DNA of 32,000 bases from Trichlorobacter lovleyi SZ (GTDB taxonomy: Bacteria; Desulfobacterota; Desulfuromonadia; Geobacterales; Pseudopelobacteraceae), in NCBI RefSeq assembly GCF_000020385.1, contig NC_010814.1:930001-962000 (forward strand), in the 5' to 3' direction. Position numbers and translations under genes: made by a program. The notes under the pieces were generated by a model that was given only the letters and a program-made list of their open reading frames with translations, made no database searches and was not told the DNA's origin. Of the stretch, positions 1-9,289 are shown in pieces (within the stretch, counting starts at the first letter, position 1; each line of letters opens with the position of its first letter).

Positions 1-158
1 CTGATGTACGCACATTCGCCTGGCGAGCTGCAGGTATACGCGGCGCCAGCAGATCCTACGGTCGCAACGTGAAGGGGGAGAAGAAAGAAAGGAGGTGCAA
101 CAACAAAGAGAATCTCGGCTAAGCAGTTGTCAAACTAACTGAAAGGATAGGTAAAGCA

Positions 159-2429
159 ATGAAAAAAGAATGGAAAGTACAGAACGAAGATGGATCATAT
201 ACCGTTAGAACCTGTGGTTGGTCACCTCCGGGGGATCACCCGGTAGGCTGCGGCATGAAGCTGCATGTTAAGAACGGCAAGCTGGTCAAGGTTGAGGGTG
301 ACCCTGAGCATCCGATCACCAACGGTCGTTTGTGTATCCGTTGTCTGACGCTGCCCGAGTATGTCCACCACCCGCAGCGGATCACTCACCCGATGAAGCG
401 TGATCCGAAGAACCGTGGTAAAGACGCCTGGACCAAAATCTCATGGGATGAGGCCTGGGATATCATTGTACCCAAGATCAAGCAACTGAAGGCTGATCAC
501 GGCGCGGAATCCATCGTCGTGTTTGGTGGAACAGGTCGTGAGGCCTGCCTGTATTACTATCCGCTCGGCTTTGCATCAATCGGTACCCCGAACGTCTGCT
601 ATCCGCTCAGCGGCTGGTCATGCTACGGTCCCCGTTGTGCAATCACCGACTACATCCTCGGTGCCGGTTATCCCGAGATCGACAACGCCGGTTACTATCC
701 GGACCGTTTTGACAACCCCAAATATGTACTGCCCAAGTACATCATGGAGTGGGGTAAGAACCCCCTGATGTCCAACCCTGACGGCTTCTTCGGTCACTCC
801 CTGATCGATATGATGAAGCGCGGCTCCAAGATGATCTGCATCGACCCGCGGATCACCTGGCTGGGTACCCGTGCCGAACATGTCTGTCAGCTGCGTCCGG
901 GTTCCGACACCGCTCTGGCACTGGGCTTCCTGAACGTCATCATCAATGAAGACCTGTATGACCACGACTTCGTCGATAACTGGACCTACGGTTTTGACGA
1001 GTTGAAAGAGCGTGTTCAGGAGTATCCGCCCGAGAAGGTTGCGGAGATCACCTGGGTACCGAAAGAGAAGATCATTGAAGTTGCCCGTGCCTTTGCCACC
1101 AACAAGCCATCCACCATCCAGTGGGGCCTGGCAGTGGACGAAAACCCCAACGGCGTACAGCTTGGCCATGCCATTCTGTCCCTGGCTGCCATCACCGGTA
1201 ACATCGACGTTCCGGGCGGCATCACCATCGGCCCGCCTGCCGCACTGTTGGGCAAATGGCGTGTTGAGACCCGCCGTAACCTCTCCGAAGAACTGTGGGA
1301 CAAGCGGATCGGCGCCAAGGAATGGCCTGCACTCAGCACCGCCATGGCAACCACCCACCCGGACGAGACCCTGGATACCCTGGAGACCGAGCGTCCCTAC
1401 AAACTGCGGATGGGCTGGTTCAACAGCAGTAACTTCCTGTCTCCGACCTGCTGCGCCTGTCCTGACCGCTGGTACAAGGGACTCAAGAAGCTTGAGTTCA
1501 ACGTGGTACAGGATTGCTTCATGACCCCGACGGCAATGGCCCTGGCAGATATCTTCCTGCCGCTGCCTACCTTCGCCGAGCATGATGGCGTGGTTATTAC
1601 CCACTTCGGCCGTAACGCCGTATTCCTTGGTGCAATCAACGAGGCACTGCGCGTTGGCGACACCAGATCAGATATCGAAGTATGTATCGAGCTTGGCAAG
1701 AAACTCCACCCCGATATGTGGCCCTTCGATGACGTGCCTGACTTCTTCACCAAGCAGCTCAAGCCTGAGCTGGGCGTTGACTTCGACGGTCTGCGTGAAC
1801 TTGGTGTATGGCAGCCTGACTACACCTATCGCAAGTTTGAAAAAGGTGGTCTGCGTACCGACGGTGAGCCGGGCTTCAACACCGTTACCGGTATGGTCGA
1901 GCTGACTTCCACGCTGTTTGAGGCATGGGGCGACGATGCCCTGCCGTACTTCAAAGAGCCTCCTTACAGCCCCTACAGCACACCGGAACTCTGGAAAGAG
2001 TATCCGCTGGTACTGACCACGGGAGCACGGAAGTTCACTTCATTCCACTCCGAGCACAGACAGATCGGTACCCTGCGTGAAATCGATCCTGATCCGATCG
2101 TCGAAATCAATCCGGCGACCGCCAAGGCGCTGGGTATCATCGACGGCGACAACGTCATGATCGAGAACATGTTCGGCAAGTGTAAGATGAAGGCACAATT
2201 GACTCCGACCATCCATGAGAAGGTGGTGCATTGTACCCACGGCTGGTGGTTCCCCGAGAAGGCTGCAGAAGAGCCAAGCCTGTACGGTGTCTGGGAAGCC
2301 AACGTCAACACCCTGGTGCCGCACAAGCATATCGGCAAGCTGGGCTTCGGTGCCCCGCACAAGCAGATGATCTGCAAGATCTACAGGGTTGACCCCGGTC
2401 ATACCTTCACGCTGGATAGCCTGAGCTGA
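159..2429 (+). CDS. Molybdopterin (Mo/W-bisPGD, DMSO-reductase superfamily) oxidoreductase, catalytic subunit, cytoplasmic type
   Basis: 756-aa uninterrupted ORF. N-terminal Cys cluster TCGWSPPGDHPVGCG...GRLCIRC (C19, C31, C59, C62), then sequence typical of bisPGD enzymes. No twin-arginine signal. A small ferredoxin-like ORF follows immediately. Confidence 0.85.
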   Translation: MKKEWKVQNEDGSYTVRTCGWSPPGDHPVGCGMKLHVKNGKLVKVEGDPEHPITNGRLCIRCLTLPEYVHHPQRITHPMKRDPKNRGKDAWTKISWDEAWDIIVPKIKQLKADHGAESIVVFGGTGREACLYYYPLGFASIGTPNVCYPLSGWSCYGPRCAITDYILGAGYPEIDNAGYYPDRFDNPKYVLPKYIMEWGKNPLMSNPDGFFGHSLIDMMKRGSKMICIDPRITWLGTRAEHVCQLRPGSDTALALGFLNVIINEDLYDHDFVDNWTYGFDELKERVQEYPPEKVAEITWVPKEKIIEVARAFATNKPSTIQWGLAVDENPNGVQLGHAILSLAAITGNIDVPGGITIGPPAALLGKWRVETRRNLSEELWDKRIGAKEWPALSTAMATTHPDETLDTLETERPYKLRMGWFNSSNFLSPTCCACPDRWYKGLKKLEFNVVQDCFMTPTAMALADIFLPLPTFAEHDGVVITHFGRNAVFLGAINEALRVGDTRSDIEVCIELGKKLHPDMWPFDDVPDFFTKQLKPELGVDFDGLRELGVWQPDYTYRKFEKGGLRTDGEPGFNTVTGMVELTSTLFEAWGDDALPYFKEPPYSPYSTPELWKEYPLVLTTGARKFTSFHSEHRQIGTLREIDPDPIVEINPATAKALGIIDGDNVMIENMFGKCKMKAQLTPTIHEKVVHCTHGWWFPEKAAEEPSLYGVWEANVNTLVPHKHIGKLGFGAPHKQMICKIYRVDPGHTFTLDSLS

Positions 2430-2488
2430 TGGTAACACCCCCCCCGGTGTTACCGGGGGGGAACTATAACGATTGGAGGCAATTGTAC

Positions 2489-2824
2489 ATGTCAAAAAAC
2501 GGTTTGTTGATAGATTACGAATACTGCACAGGCTGCCATAGCTGTGAAGTTTCGTGCAAGAACGAGCACAACATCCCACGTGGTCAGTGGGGTATCAAAC
2601 TGACCCAGGTTGGCCCGTTTCAGATAGATGCCGACAAGTGGGAGTGGAACTACGTACCGGTTCCGACCCAACTGTGTGACCTGTGTGAAAAAAGGACAGC
2701 CAACGGAGATGTACCATCCTGCGTCCTGCACTGCCTCGGCGGCTGCATGCAGTATGGTCCTGTGGAGGAACTGGCCAAGAAAGCGGCTGATAAGGGCACC
2801 AAGGTCGCAATCTTTGTACCGTAG
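2489..2824 (+). CDS. 4Fe-4S ferredoxin-like small subunit of the upstream Mo oxidoreductase
   Basis: CTGCHSCEVSC (CxxCxxCxxxC) plus CDLC...CVLHC motifs. GGAGG lies 9 nt upstream of ATG 2489. The ORF-track start at 2429 sits inside a hairpin and has no RBS, so the internal Met21 start is preferred. Confidence 0.75.
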   Translation: MSKNGLLIDYEYCTGCHSCEVSCKNEHNIPRGQWGIKLTQVGPFQIDADKWEWNYVPVPTQLCDLCEKRTANGDVPSCVLHCLGGCMQYGPVEELAKKAADKGTKVAIFVP

Positions 2825-2841
2825 TACCATGGGCTGACGAT

Positions 2842-2881
2842 GTCAGGCAGCACCCTTCCGATGGAGAAGGGGCTGTCTGAC
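2842..2881. terminator. Imperfect hairpin between convergent genes (possible bidirectional terminator)
   Basis: gtcaggcagcaccc / ggggctgtctgac arms around a 13-nt loop, between the stop at 2824 (+) and the stop at 2901 (-). No clear U-tract. Confidence 0.4.
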
Positions 2882-2900
2882 ACAAGCCAGGCAGAAGAGT

Positions 2901-3170
2901 TTAGTTGGAGTCTGCCGGGGTATGACAGCTGCAGGTGCCGGTCACCCCATCATCAGGAGTTCTTTTATGCTTGTTGCAGGGAACCGTGCAGATCTCTCCG
3001 ATATACAGGCAGAGAACCGGTTCGGGCTTTGGTGGTTCAGGCAGCTTGGCACCGCACTTTTTGCAGTGGGTAAACTCCGGGAAGGTGAAGGTCTTACAGG
3101 AAGGGCACTTGACAGGTTTTGGTTTGGGCGGTTTACAGCCACCGCAGTATGGATTACATGACCAACACAT
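2901..3170 (-). CDS. Cys-rich (15 Cys) small zinc-ribbon-like protein, paralogous to the N-terminus of the CDGSH protein at 15900-16241
   Basis: 89-aa ORF with AAAGGAA RBS before the ATG. CPSCK...CKKCGAKL...PKPEP matches CPNCK...CPFCKTAL...PKPEP of the 113-aa protein. Both start with MC(W/F). Confidence 0.6.
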   Translation of the reverse strand: MCWSCNPYCGGCKPPKPKPVKCPSCKTFTFPEFTHCKKCGAKLPEPPKPEPVLCLYIGEICTVPCNKHKRTPDDGVTGTCSCHTPADSN

Positions 3171-3267
3171 GGTGTTCCTTTCTCTGTTCTCTAAACATAT
3201 AGAGTAGTTAAATATACTGTTACTATATGTACTACATAAAATGACGTCAATACCATAGTTAGTTTAT

Positions 3268-3295
3268 TTGCAGAAACTTATTTTATTTTTATAAG
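3268..3295 (+). promoter_or_regulatory. Putative sigma-70-type promoter (TTGCAG-N16-TATAAG) in the AT-rich intergenic region
   Basis: -35/-10-like hexamers about 30 nt upstream of the RBS of the 3326 ORF. Sequence match only. Confidence 0.3.
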
Positions 3296-3325
3296 TTTAG
3301 TAACTAAACAGATAAGGAGATAATC

Positions 3326-3526
3326 ATGTCAGACAATCCAGTACGTAAAAAAATTGAAAAGCCGCTCAACCCTCTGGCAATGAAGCCTGGTCAAAAGTAT
3401 GACAAGCCTACATTTGTTCCTACTAAAGAATACAATGGCGGCAAGCTGAATGATTCTGGAGACAAGACAGTAGGTGCAGTTGACGTTGTAGAAAATGCTG
3501 CAAAAGAAAAAGAAAAAGAAAAATAG
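3326..3526 (+). CDS. Small Lys-rich hypothetical protein (66 aa) with KEKEKEK tail
   Basis: AAGGAG RBS 7 nt before the ATG. Lies in a visibly AT-rich islet. No recognisable family. Confidence 0.45.
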   Translation: MSDNPVRKKIEKPLNPLAMKPGQKYDKPTFVPTKEYNGGKLNDSGDKTVGAVDVVENAAKEKEKEK

Positions 3527-3588
3527 AAATATCTGCTTGGTATAATCATACATAATTGCTGACAGCAGTTGTGATTAACCAGACAGCA

Positions 3589-3687
3589 ATGCAGCCTATT
3601 CGCTGATTACTAACAAGTCTTACACTGACGTGTTCTATGAAACACCAGTAAGAAAAAATCATACCTACTACGGCGAATAGGCTGCAT
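3589..3687. other. ~100-nt extended imperfect hairpin closed by a perfect 15-bp inverted repeat
   Basis: atgcagcctattcgc (3589-3603) is the exact reverse complement of gcgaataggctgcat (3673-3687). There is further internal pairing (cttacac..gtgttc / gaaacaccagtaag). Confidence 0.6.
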
Positions 3688-3780
3688 CTGCTTTTCAACA
3701 CCCACAGCAACAACCACTGTCCGGCAACGCCGGGCCAGTGCCACAAGGCAGACAATCTGCCGCCCTGCAAGGTACTTTCC

Positions 3781-4884
3781 ATGCATGAGACCAATTACCC
3801 TGCCATTCTGGAACACTGTAACGGATGCGGCATCTGCAGAGACAGCTGCCAGTTGCTGAGAGAGTCGGGTTGCACACCGTTTGAGATGGCACGACAGGGT
3901 GTCACGCTCAGTGAGGCGCTTAGCTGCTCTTTTTGCGATGCCTGCGCAGCAATCTGTCCGGAGAAACTTTCAACCGGTGCGTTATGTGCCGCCAGACGTA
4001 GAGAGGGTGTCGATTCAGGTGAGTTTGAAGTTGATGCGTTTCGCTATCTTTTTCCGGATCGTCCGAACAATCTGATGGGTATGTACCGGCAGCATCACGG
4101 TATTGACTATTCGGACCTGGCTTCAAGGGCCAACACCGGTACCTGCTTTTTTCCGGGCTGCACCTTGATGACCTATTCCCCCGGCTTGACACGAGAGGTT
4201 TTCAGCCGCTTGCAGAAGAGCGTTCAGTGCCGGGCCATCTGGACTGACTGTTGTGGTAAGCTGCTGGAACAACTGGGACTGCATGGGCGTCTGCAGCTGT
4301 TCCAGGACCGGCTGCGTACCTATGCACACGAACATGAAATCAAGCGAATAATAACCGCTTGCCCCGGCTGTTATTACGATCTGGCTAAAGTTTTTCAATC
4401 CTGTGACGTCATCATTCAGACGGTCTATGAAACCCTTGATTTTAAAAAAGCCCCTGGCAGCACACAGCTTGGTTGTACGGTACACGACTCCTGTCCTGAT
4501 CGGTTTTCCGGTCTGTTCGGCAGCCAGGTCCGTACTGCGCTCCAGCAGCAGGGGGTTGCGACGCCTGAGATGCAGCACTTTGGTAAAACAACCATCTGTT
4601 GCGGCAGTGGCGGCCAACTATCGCACTTCAGGCCGGACTTCGTTGATGAACTGGTTGATCAGCGTCAGGCAGAATTCATACAGACGGGGGCCAACAGCAT
4701 GGTGGCATACTGTCTGAGTTGCGTATTAAAGTACGACAGCATGCCGAACGATCTTCCGGTGACCCACGCACTGAATCTGCTGCTTGATCTGGAACCGGAT
4801 TACCAGGGGGCAAAGCAGCGGGCGATCAGTATGTTTGATGGCCCTGAGGGAGAACAACGCTGGGCCGCCATTATGGCAGACTGA
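3781..4884 (+). CDS. Fe-S oxidoreductase with 2x[4Fe-4S] motif and two CCG (Cys-rich) domains (HdrD/GlcF/GlpC-like)
   Basis: CNGCGICRDSC and CSFCDACAAICP ferredoxin motifs. CCG-type motifs CFFPGC...CCGKLL and CTVHDSCP...CCGSGG. Confidence 0.8.
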   Translation: MHETNYPAILEHCNGCGICRDSCQLLRESGCTPFEMARQGVTLSEALSCSFCDACAAICPEKLSTGALCAARRREGVDSGEFEVDAFRYLFPDRPNNLMGMYRQHHGIDYSDLASRANTGTCFFPGCTLMTYSPGLTREVFSRLQKSVQCRAIWTDCCGKLLEQLGLHGRLQLFQDRLRTYAHEHEIKRIITACPGCYYDLAKVFQSCDVIIQTVYETLDFKKAPGSTQLGCTVHDSCPDRFSGLFGSQVRTALQQQGVATPEMQHFGKTTICCGSGGQLSHFRPDFVDELVDQRQAEFIQTGANSMVAYCLSCVLKYDSMPNDLPVTHALNLLLDLEPDYQGAKQRAISMFDGPEGEQRWAAIMAD

Positions 4885-4913
4885 AGTTTGAGAGGAAGAT
4901 CGAGAGGGCTCAT

Positions 4914-5717
4914 ATGGATATTGAACGGTTTCTCAAGCGTATCGGCATTACCTCTCTTCCTGACTCACCTCACAGTCGGCTTCGGGAAATTCACCGTGCC
5001 ATGACGCAGTCTGTGCCTTTTGAAAATCTTGCGATCCTGGAGGGGCGTGAAATAGACCTGGCCCCCACTGCGCTCTTTGTAAAAGTAGTAGAGCAGGGGC
5101 GAGGCGGCTATTGTTTTGAACTCAATGCATTGCTGGCCGAAGTTTGTGAGTCGCTTGGCTACAAGGTGGAGCGCCTGCTTGGCAGAGTCTGGTCCAGTGG
5201 TGCGCCATCGCCCCCGCTCACCCATATGGCCCTGCGAGTGATGGTTGATCATCAGTATTACCTGTGTGATGCAGGCTTTGGCGGAGGCACACTTAGAGAT
5301 CCTCTGCCCTGGAATTTTTACGCGGCAGTGAACCAGACGCCGGACAGCTATCGTCTGGAAGAAACTGACAATCAGGAAGTCATGCTTTCCCGATTTACCG
5401 GTTCCCGCTGGAAAAACCTGTACAGTGTTCTCCCTTGTCCAGTGCAACCTCAGGATTTTATTCCGGCAAACCATTACACCTCCACGCACCCGGATTCGTT
5501 TTTTACGCAGGCGCCAGTTGCCGCACTGACAACCGCTGAAGGGCGTATTACGCTCCGTGGCCGGCTCTTTCGCAGAGTCGAGGGCACTGATGAGTGTGAA
5601 CGGGAGTTAGCGACATTTGAGGATTTTATCAACGTACTCCATGTCGATTTTGGTCTGACCGGCCTGAATGGAGCACTCCTTGAGAGGCGTCTTTCCGGGC
5701 TGTTTGGTAAAGAATAG
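4914..5717 (+). CDS. Arylamine N-acetyltransferase (NAT family)
   Basis: PFENL, GRGGYCFELN (catalytic Cys), THMAL (His) and CDAGFG (Asp) motifs at the spacing characteristic of NATs. Confidence 0.85.
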   Translation: MDIERFLKRIGITSLPDSPHSRLREIHRAMTQSVPFENLAILEGREIDLAPTALFVKVVEQGRGGYCFELNALLAEVCESLGYKVERLLGRVWSSGAPSPPLTHMALRVMVDHQYYLCDAGFGGGTLRDPLPWNFYAAVNQTPDSYRLEETDNQEVMLSRFTGSRWKNLYSVLPCPVQPQDFIPANHYTSTHPDSFFTQAPVAALTTAEGRITLRGRLFRRVEGTDECERELATFEDFINVLHVDFGLTGLNGALLERRLSGLFGKE

Positions 5718-5764
5718 AAGATGTTTATGATGGTCAGACTCAGGTAACCGGTCACCTGACCTGT

Positions 5765-6861
5765 GTGAGCTGCAGAATCATGAGGCTCGGTAAAATGGGA
5801 ATCAACTCGTTAAGCGGACGTGCCATAGCTGTGTTGGCGGCATGTATTTTTACTGCCTTTGCCGCATTTTCCATACGCTACAGCTACGGCGTACTTCTGC
5901 CTGAAATGCTGTCTCCGCTCGGCATGACAAAGACACAGGCGGGTACCATCTACGCATCCTATTTTGCGATTAACTGCCTGTTATCACCTGTTGTAGGGAT
6001 TATCTCTGACAGGTGTAATCTGCGGATGCTGCTCACTGCATTTGTCGTACTCATGGGAACGGGAACATTCCTCATGCAGTATGCAACATCTGTCATGCAA
6101 GCGTCTGCTTGTTTTGCGCTGGCAGGGATGGGGGCTGCCGCTTGCTGGGCCCCGGTTATGGTGATAGCCCAGAGATGGACCGGCGACAGCATACGTGGCA
6201 CGGTCCTTTCCCTGGTGGATGCCGGCAGCTCGCTCGGGGTGATGGCTGCCGGCACACTTGTCCCGCTCTTTGTGGCCAGGTCAGGCTGGCAATCCGGGTG
6301 GACTTTTCTGGGATTGATGGCAGTTACGGCTGGAGCTGTAAACTTTATCTGTATCCGTAATCGTCCCCCGCAGGTTCCTGACGTTTTGGTAACTGAAAAA
6401 AAATGCGCTATCTTGGGTAGTGAACCGGTAATCAGCTACAGATCCCTGTTCAGCAACCGGCTTTTCTGGATAATTGCGCTGGCTTACCTGTTCAACGGGT
6501 TTGCCATAATCATCCCCTTTACCTTTCTCAACACCTATGCCTGTAAAGAGCTTGCAATGTCATACGAAGCAGCAGGCTTCCTGATTACCCTTACAGGCAT
6601 TGGCGGCCTTGTCGGAAAACTTGTTCTTGGGCCGCTTTCAGATACATTTGGGCGCGTAGTCATTATGCTCGTTTGCGCTGTTCTTGTGACCATGGGGGCC
6701 TTGGGGATGGTCTGCAGCACGGGAGCTGCACTGCAGACGGTCACCTTTCTCTTTGGGGTTGGCTATGGCGCCTGCTGGGGCATGTACGCTGCATGCGCCT
6801 CTGACTATTTTTCTAAAAAGTTGATCGGAGCCATCCTCGGAACCTGGTCGTTGTATCTGGG
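5765..6861 (+). pseudogene. MFS transporter, N-terminal ~365 codons, truncated by IS21-family insertion
   Basis: Multi-TM hydrophobic ORF typical of MFS (OFA-like). The reading frame runs into the IS end at 6862 (...GTWSLYLG|). The exact start is uncertain (alternative Met codons within the first 11 codons). Confidence 0.8.
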
Positions 6862-6980
6862 TGTGAATCGGCATGCAATATTGACCCACTTTCGGGTGTA
6901 ATCGGCGTCCAAAATTGACCCACCTCAGCACCTCCTCCATTCTCTTTGGCATCATCCAGAGAGAGGAGCTTTGAAAGGAG

Positions 6981-8495
6981 ATGCTGCTAGTGGAATCCAT
7001 CCGTAAAATCCGCCAGGCTTACCACCGGGACAAGAAACCAATCAGGCAGATAGCCCGTGAGTTTCATCTGTCTAAGAACACCGTCAAGAAAATCATCAGA
7101 AGTGACGTAACCGATCAGGTTTATACCCGCACCGAACAGCCCAGGCCAAAGCTTGCTGCATTTGAAGAACGTCTCAAAGGACTGTTGTCTGAAGATGCCG
7201 TAAAGCCAGTCCGCCATCGTCGTAGTGCCCAGTTATTGTTTGAGACGCTACAGCGGGAAGGATTTGAAGGTGGCTATGACAGCGTCCGTCGTTACATCCA
7301 GCAGCAGCGCAAAGAGACCGGCGGCGGCGTAGCCGCAGCCTTTATTCCGCTATCCTTTGATCCTGGTGAGGCATTTCAGTTTGACTGGAGCTATGAGCAG
7401 ATTGAGTTGGGTGGGATCATCGTAAAGGTCAAGATTGCTCAGTTTCGCCTCTGTAACAGTCGGATGCCATTTTGCGTGGCCTACACACGTGAGAGCCTGG
7501 AGATGGTTCTGGATGCTCATATCAAGGCATTCAGCTTCTTTGGTGGTGCCTGTCGGCGTGGTATCTACGACAACCTAAAAACCGTAGTAACCAAAGTCCT
7601 GATGGGCAAGGATCGTGTATTCAATCGTCGGTTTTTGAGTCTGGCCTCCCACTACCTGTTTGAACCGATAGCCTGCACTCCTGCTGCAGGCTGGGAGAAG
7701 GGGCAGGTAGAGAATCAGGTAGGCCTTGTGCGCAAGCGTTTCTTCGCCAAACGGCGGACATTTACCAACCTTTCTGAGCTAAACCAGTGGCTGCAGGAAC
7801 AATGTCTGGACTACGCAGCAACCCAGAAACATCCTGACAACCCACTCCTGACGATCAATGACCTGTTTAAGGAGGAACGCCGGCAGCTTCTCACGGTAAC
7901 GGTTCCGTTTGACGGTTATCTGGAAAGCGATGCCAAGGTATCTTCTACCTCCCTGGTCTCATTTGACCGCAACCGTTACAGCGTCCATGTCTCTGCTGTT
8001 GGCAACCCGGTCACGGTACGGGCCTATGCTGATCGTCTGACCTTTGTCCAGAGCGGCAGAACCGTAGGATTCCACAAACGGCACTTTGGTCGTGATCAGG
8101 TCTTCTATGATCCCTGGCACTATCTGGAGGCACTGAAGAAGAAGCCGGGAGCACTCAGAAACGGTGCACCGTTTAAGGAATGGAATTTGCCGGAATCTAT
8201 TGAGCAAATCCGTAGTGCCCTTGCCAAGCACCGTGATGGTGACCGGCAGTTTGTCGGGATACTGGCGGTTGTCTCCTACTATGGCATTGAAGCAGTAACA
8301 CAGGCATGCACTGATGCATTGGCAGCCAATACCATCAGTCGGGATGTCGTGCTTAATCTGTTGTCCCGAAACGATGAAGAACCGACACCAACGGCAGATC
8401 CTGCAGCAAAACTGCCGGTTTTGATCATACCGCCTGTAGCTGACTGCAGGCGGTATGACCTGCTGCTTGCCGGAGGTGCCTGTGCTACTGCGTGA
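6981..8495 (+). CDS. istA: IS21-family transposase IstA
   Basis: 504 aa with an N-terminal HTH ([18 protein letters not shown]), a DDE integrase-like core, and the typical overlap with istB. The start could instead be GTG 6990. Confidence 0.9.
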   Translation: MLLVESIRKIRQAYHRDKKPIRQIAREFHLSKNTVKKIIRSDVTDQVYTRTEQPRPKLAAFEERLKGLLSEDAVKPVRHRRSAQLLFETLQREGFEGGYDSVRRYIQQQRKETGGGVAAAFIPLSFDPGEAFQFDWSYEQIELGGIIVKVKIAQFRLCNSRMPFCVAYTRESLEMVLDAHIKAFSFFGGACRRGIYDNLKTVVTKVLMGKDRVFNRRFLSLASHYLFEPIACTPAAGWEKGQVENQVGLVRKRFFAKRRTFTNLSELNQWLQEQCLDYAATQKHPDNPLLTINDLFKEERRQLLTVTVPFDGYLESDAKVSSTSLVSFDRNRYSVHVSAVGNPVTVRAYADRLTFVQSGRTVGFHKRHFGRDQVFYDPWHYLEALKKKPGALRNGAPFKEWNLPESIEQIRSALAKHRDGDRQFVGILAVVSYYGIEAVTQACTDALAANTISRDVVLNLLSRNDEEPTPTADPAAKLPVLIIPPVADCRRYDLLLAGGACATA

Positions 8496-9219
8496 GAAAC
8501 TGCAAAAGGCCATGGAGACCCTTGGGCTGCATGGCATGAAGACTGCCTGTGACGAGCTGATCGCCACAGGCATCAAACAACGGGCCACACCGGAGAAGAT
8601 CCTGTTTGAGCTGCTTAATGCAGAGCTGGCTGAACGGAGAATCAGAAGTATCCGCTACCGCCTGAGTCAGGCAAGGTTTCCAGTAGAGAAGGACCTGGAT
8701 CACTTTGAGTTTACGGATACACCGATCAACGAGACACAGGTCAGAATGCTGTATGAGGGAGGCTTTCTTACTGAAAAGAGTAATATCATTCTGGTAGGTG
8801 GAACCGGTACCGGCAAGACCCATCTGGCCATTGCCATTGCACGGCAGGTGATCAGAAACGGTAAGCGTGGCCGATACTTCAACCTGCTGGATCTGGTCAA
8901 CCAACTAGAACAGGAAAAGCTAAGCGGACGCGGAGGAAAGCTTGCAGAGGCACTCTGCAGGCTTGATCTGGTTGTGCTGGACGAACTGGGCTATCTGCCG
9001 TTCTCAAAGGCTGGAGGACAGCTGCTGTTTCACCTTATATCAAAGCTGTACGAGAGAACATCGCTTATCATTACCACTAACCTGACCTTTGGAGAATGGC
9101 CGCAGGTGTTCGGTGATGGCAAAATGACCACGGCACTTCTGGACAGGGTTACCCATCACTGCGAAATCGTCGAAACAGGAAATGAAAGCTGGAGAATCAA
9201 AACCAGAAACTCAGACTAA
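8455..9219 (+). CDS. istB: IS21-family helper ATPase IstB
   Basis: Walker [12 protein letters not shown], Walker [10 protein letters not shown]. Overlaps the istA 3' end. The true start is probably GTG 8482, which follows a GGAGG. Confidence 0.9.
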   Translation: MTCCLPEVPVLLREKLQKAMETLGLHGMKTACDELIATGIKQRATPEKILFELLNAELAERRIRSIRYRLSQARFPVEKDLDHFEFTDTPINETQVRMLYEGGFLTEKSNIILVGGTGTGKTHLAIAIARQVIRNGKRGRYFNLLDLVNQLEQEKLSGRGGKLAEALCRLDLVVLDELGYLPFSKAGGQLLFHLISKLYERTSLIITTNLTFGEWPQVFGDGKMTTALLDRVTHHCEIVETGNESWRIKTRNSD

Positions 9220-9289
9220 AATCAACCGCTGAGGTGGGTCAATTTTGGACGCCGATGGTGGGTCAAATTTCAATGCCGATTGACATCTG

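Larger units (their letters stand above)
6862..9285 (+). mobile_element. IS21-family insertion sequence (istA-istB), 2424 bp, with 6-bp target-site duplication TCTGGG
   Basis: Terminal IRs tgtgaatcggcatgcaatattgacccac (left) versus the reverse complement of the right end, tgtcaatcggcattgaaatttgacccac. Both ends also carry an identical 29-bp subterminal repeat, atcggcgtccaaaattgacccacctcagc. TG...CA termini. TCTGGG at 6856-6861 and 9286-9291. Confidence 0.9.

Noticed and set aside
1-158. Possible Moco riboswitch or leader peptide in the purine-rich 5' region of the first Mo-enzyme gene (hairpin ctggcg...cgccag, strong AAAGGAGGTG with no properly spaced start codon). Also a possible C-terminal tail of an upstream gene ending at TGA 70-72.
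   Set aside because: I cannot recognise the conserved Moco-motif core by eye, and the region is truncated by the window edge. The 1-72 frame is too short to support a call. An Rfam cmscan (Moco RNA motif) on an extended window would settle the riboswitch question.
618-1604. Long antisense or out-of-frame ORFs overlapping well-supported genes. Examples: 618-1604(-), 11549-12178(+), 17202-17801(-), 19721-20506(-), 23628-24206(-), 25716-26540(-), 28638-29666(+), 30504-31163(+).
   Set aside because: These are typical shadow ORFs of GC-rich coding DNA. Their translations are Arg/Gly/Pro/Ala-rich and low in complexity, with no motifs or RBS, and each is fully covered by a gene with clear family signatures on the other strand or in another frame.
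3560-3571. 12-mer tgacagcagttg shared between 3560-3571 and 10924-10935.
   Set aside because: Dozens of 12-mer coincidences are expected by chance in a 32-kb window when both strands are considered, and the match does not extend.
3722-3743. TGGCAC ... TTGCC on the minus strand upstream of the Fe-S gene region.
   Set aside because: The GG-to-GC spacing is 5 nt too long for a -24/-12 promoter, and the orientation points away from any nearby minus-strand gene start.
5737-5764. Hairpin ggtcag...aggtaaccggtcacct...gacc after the NAT gene, as a terminator.
   Set aside because: It is a short imperfect palindrome without a U-tract, lying only a few nt before the MFS start region. That is insufficient to call a terminator.
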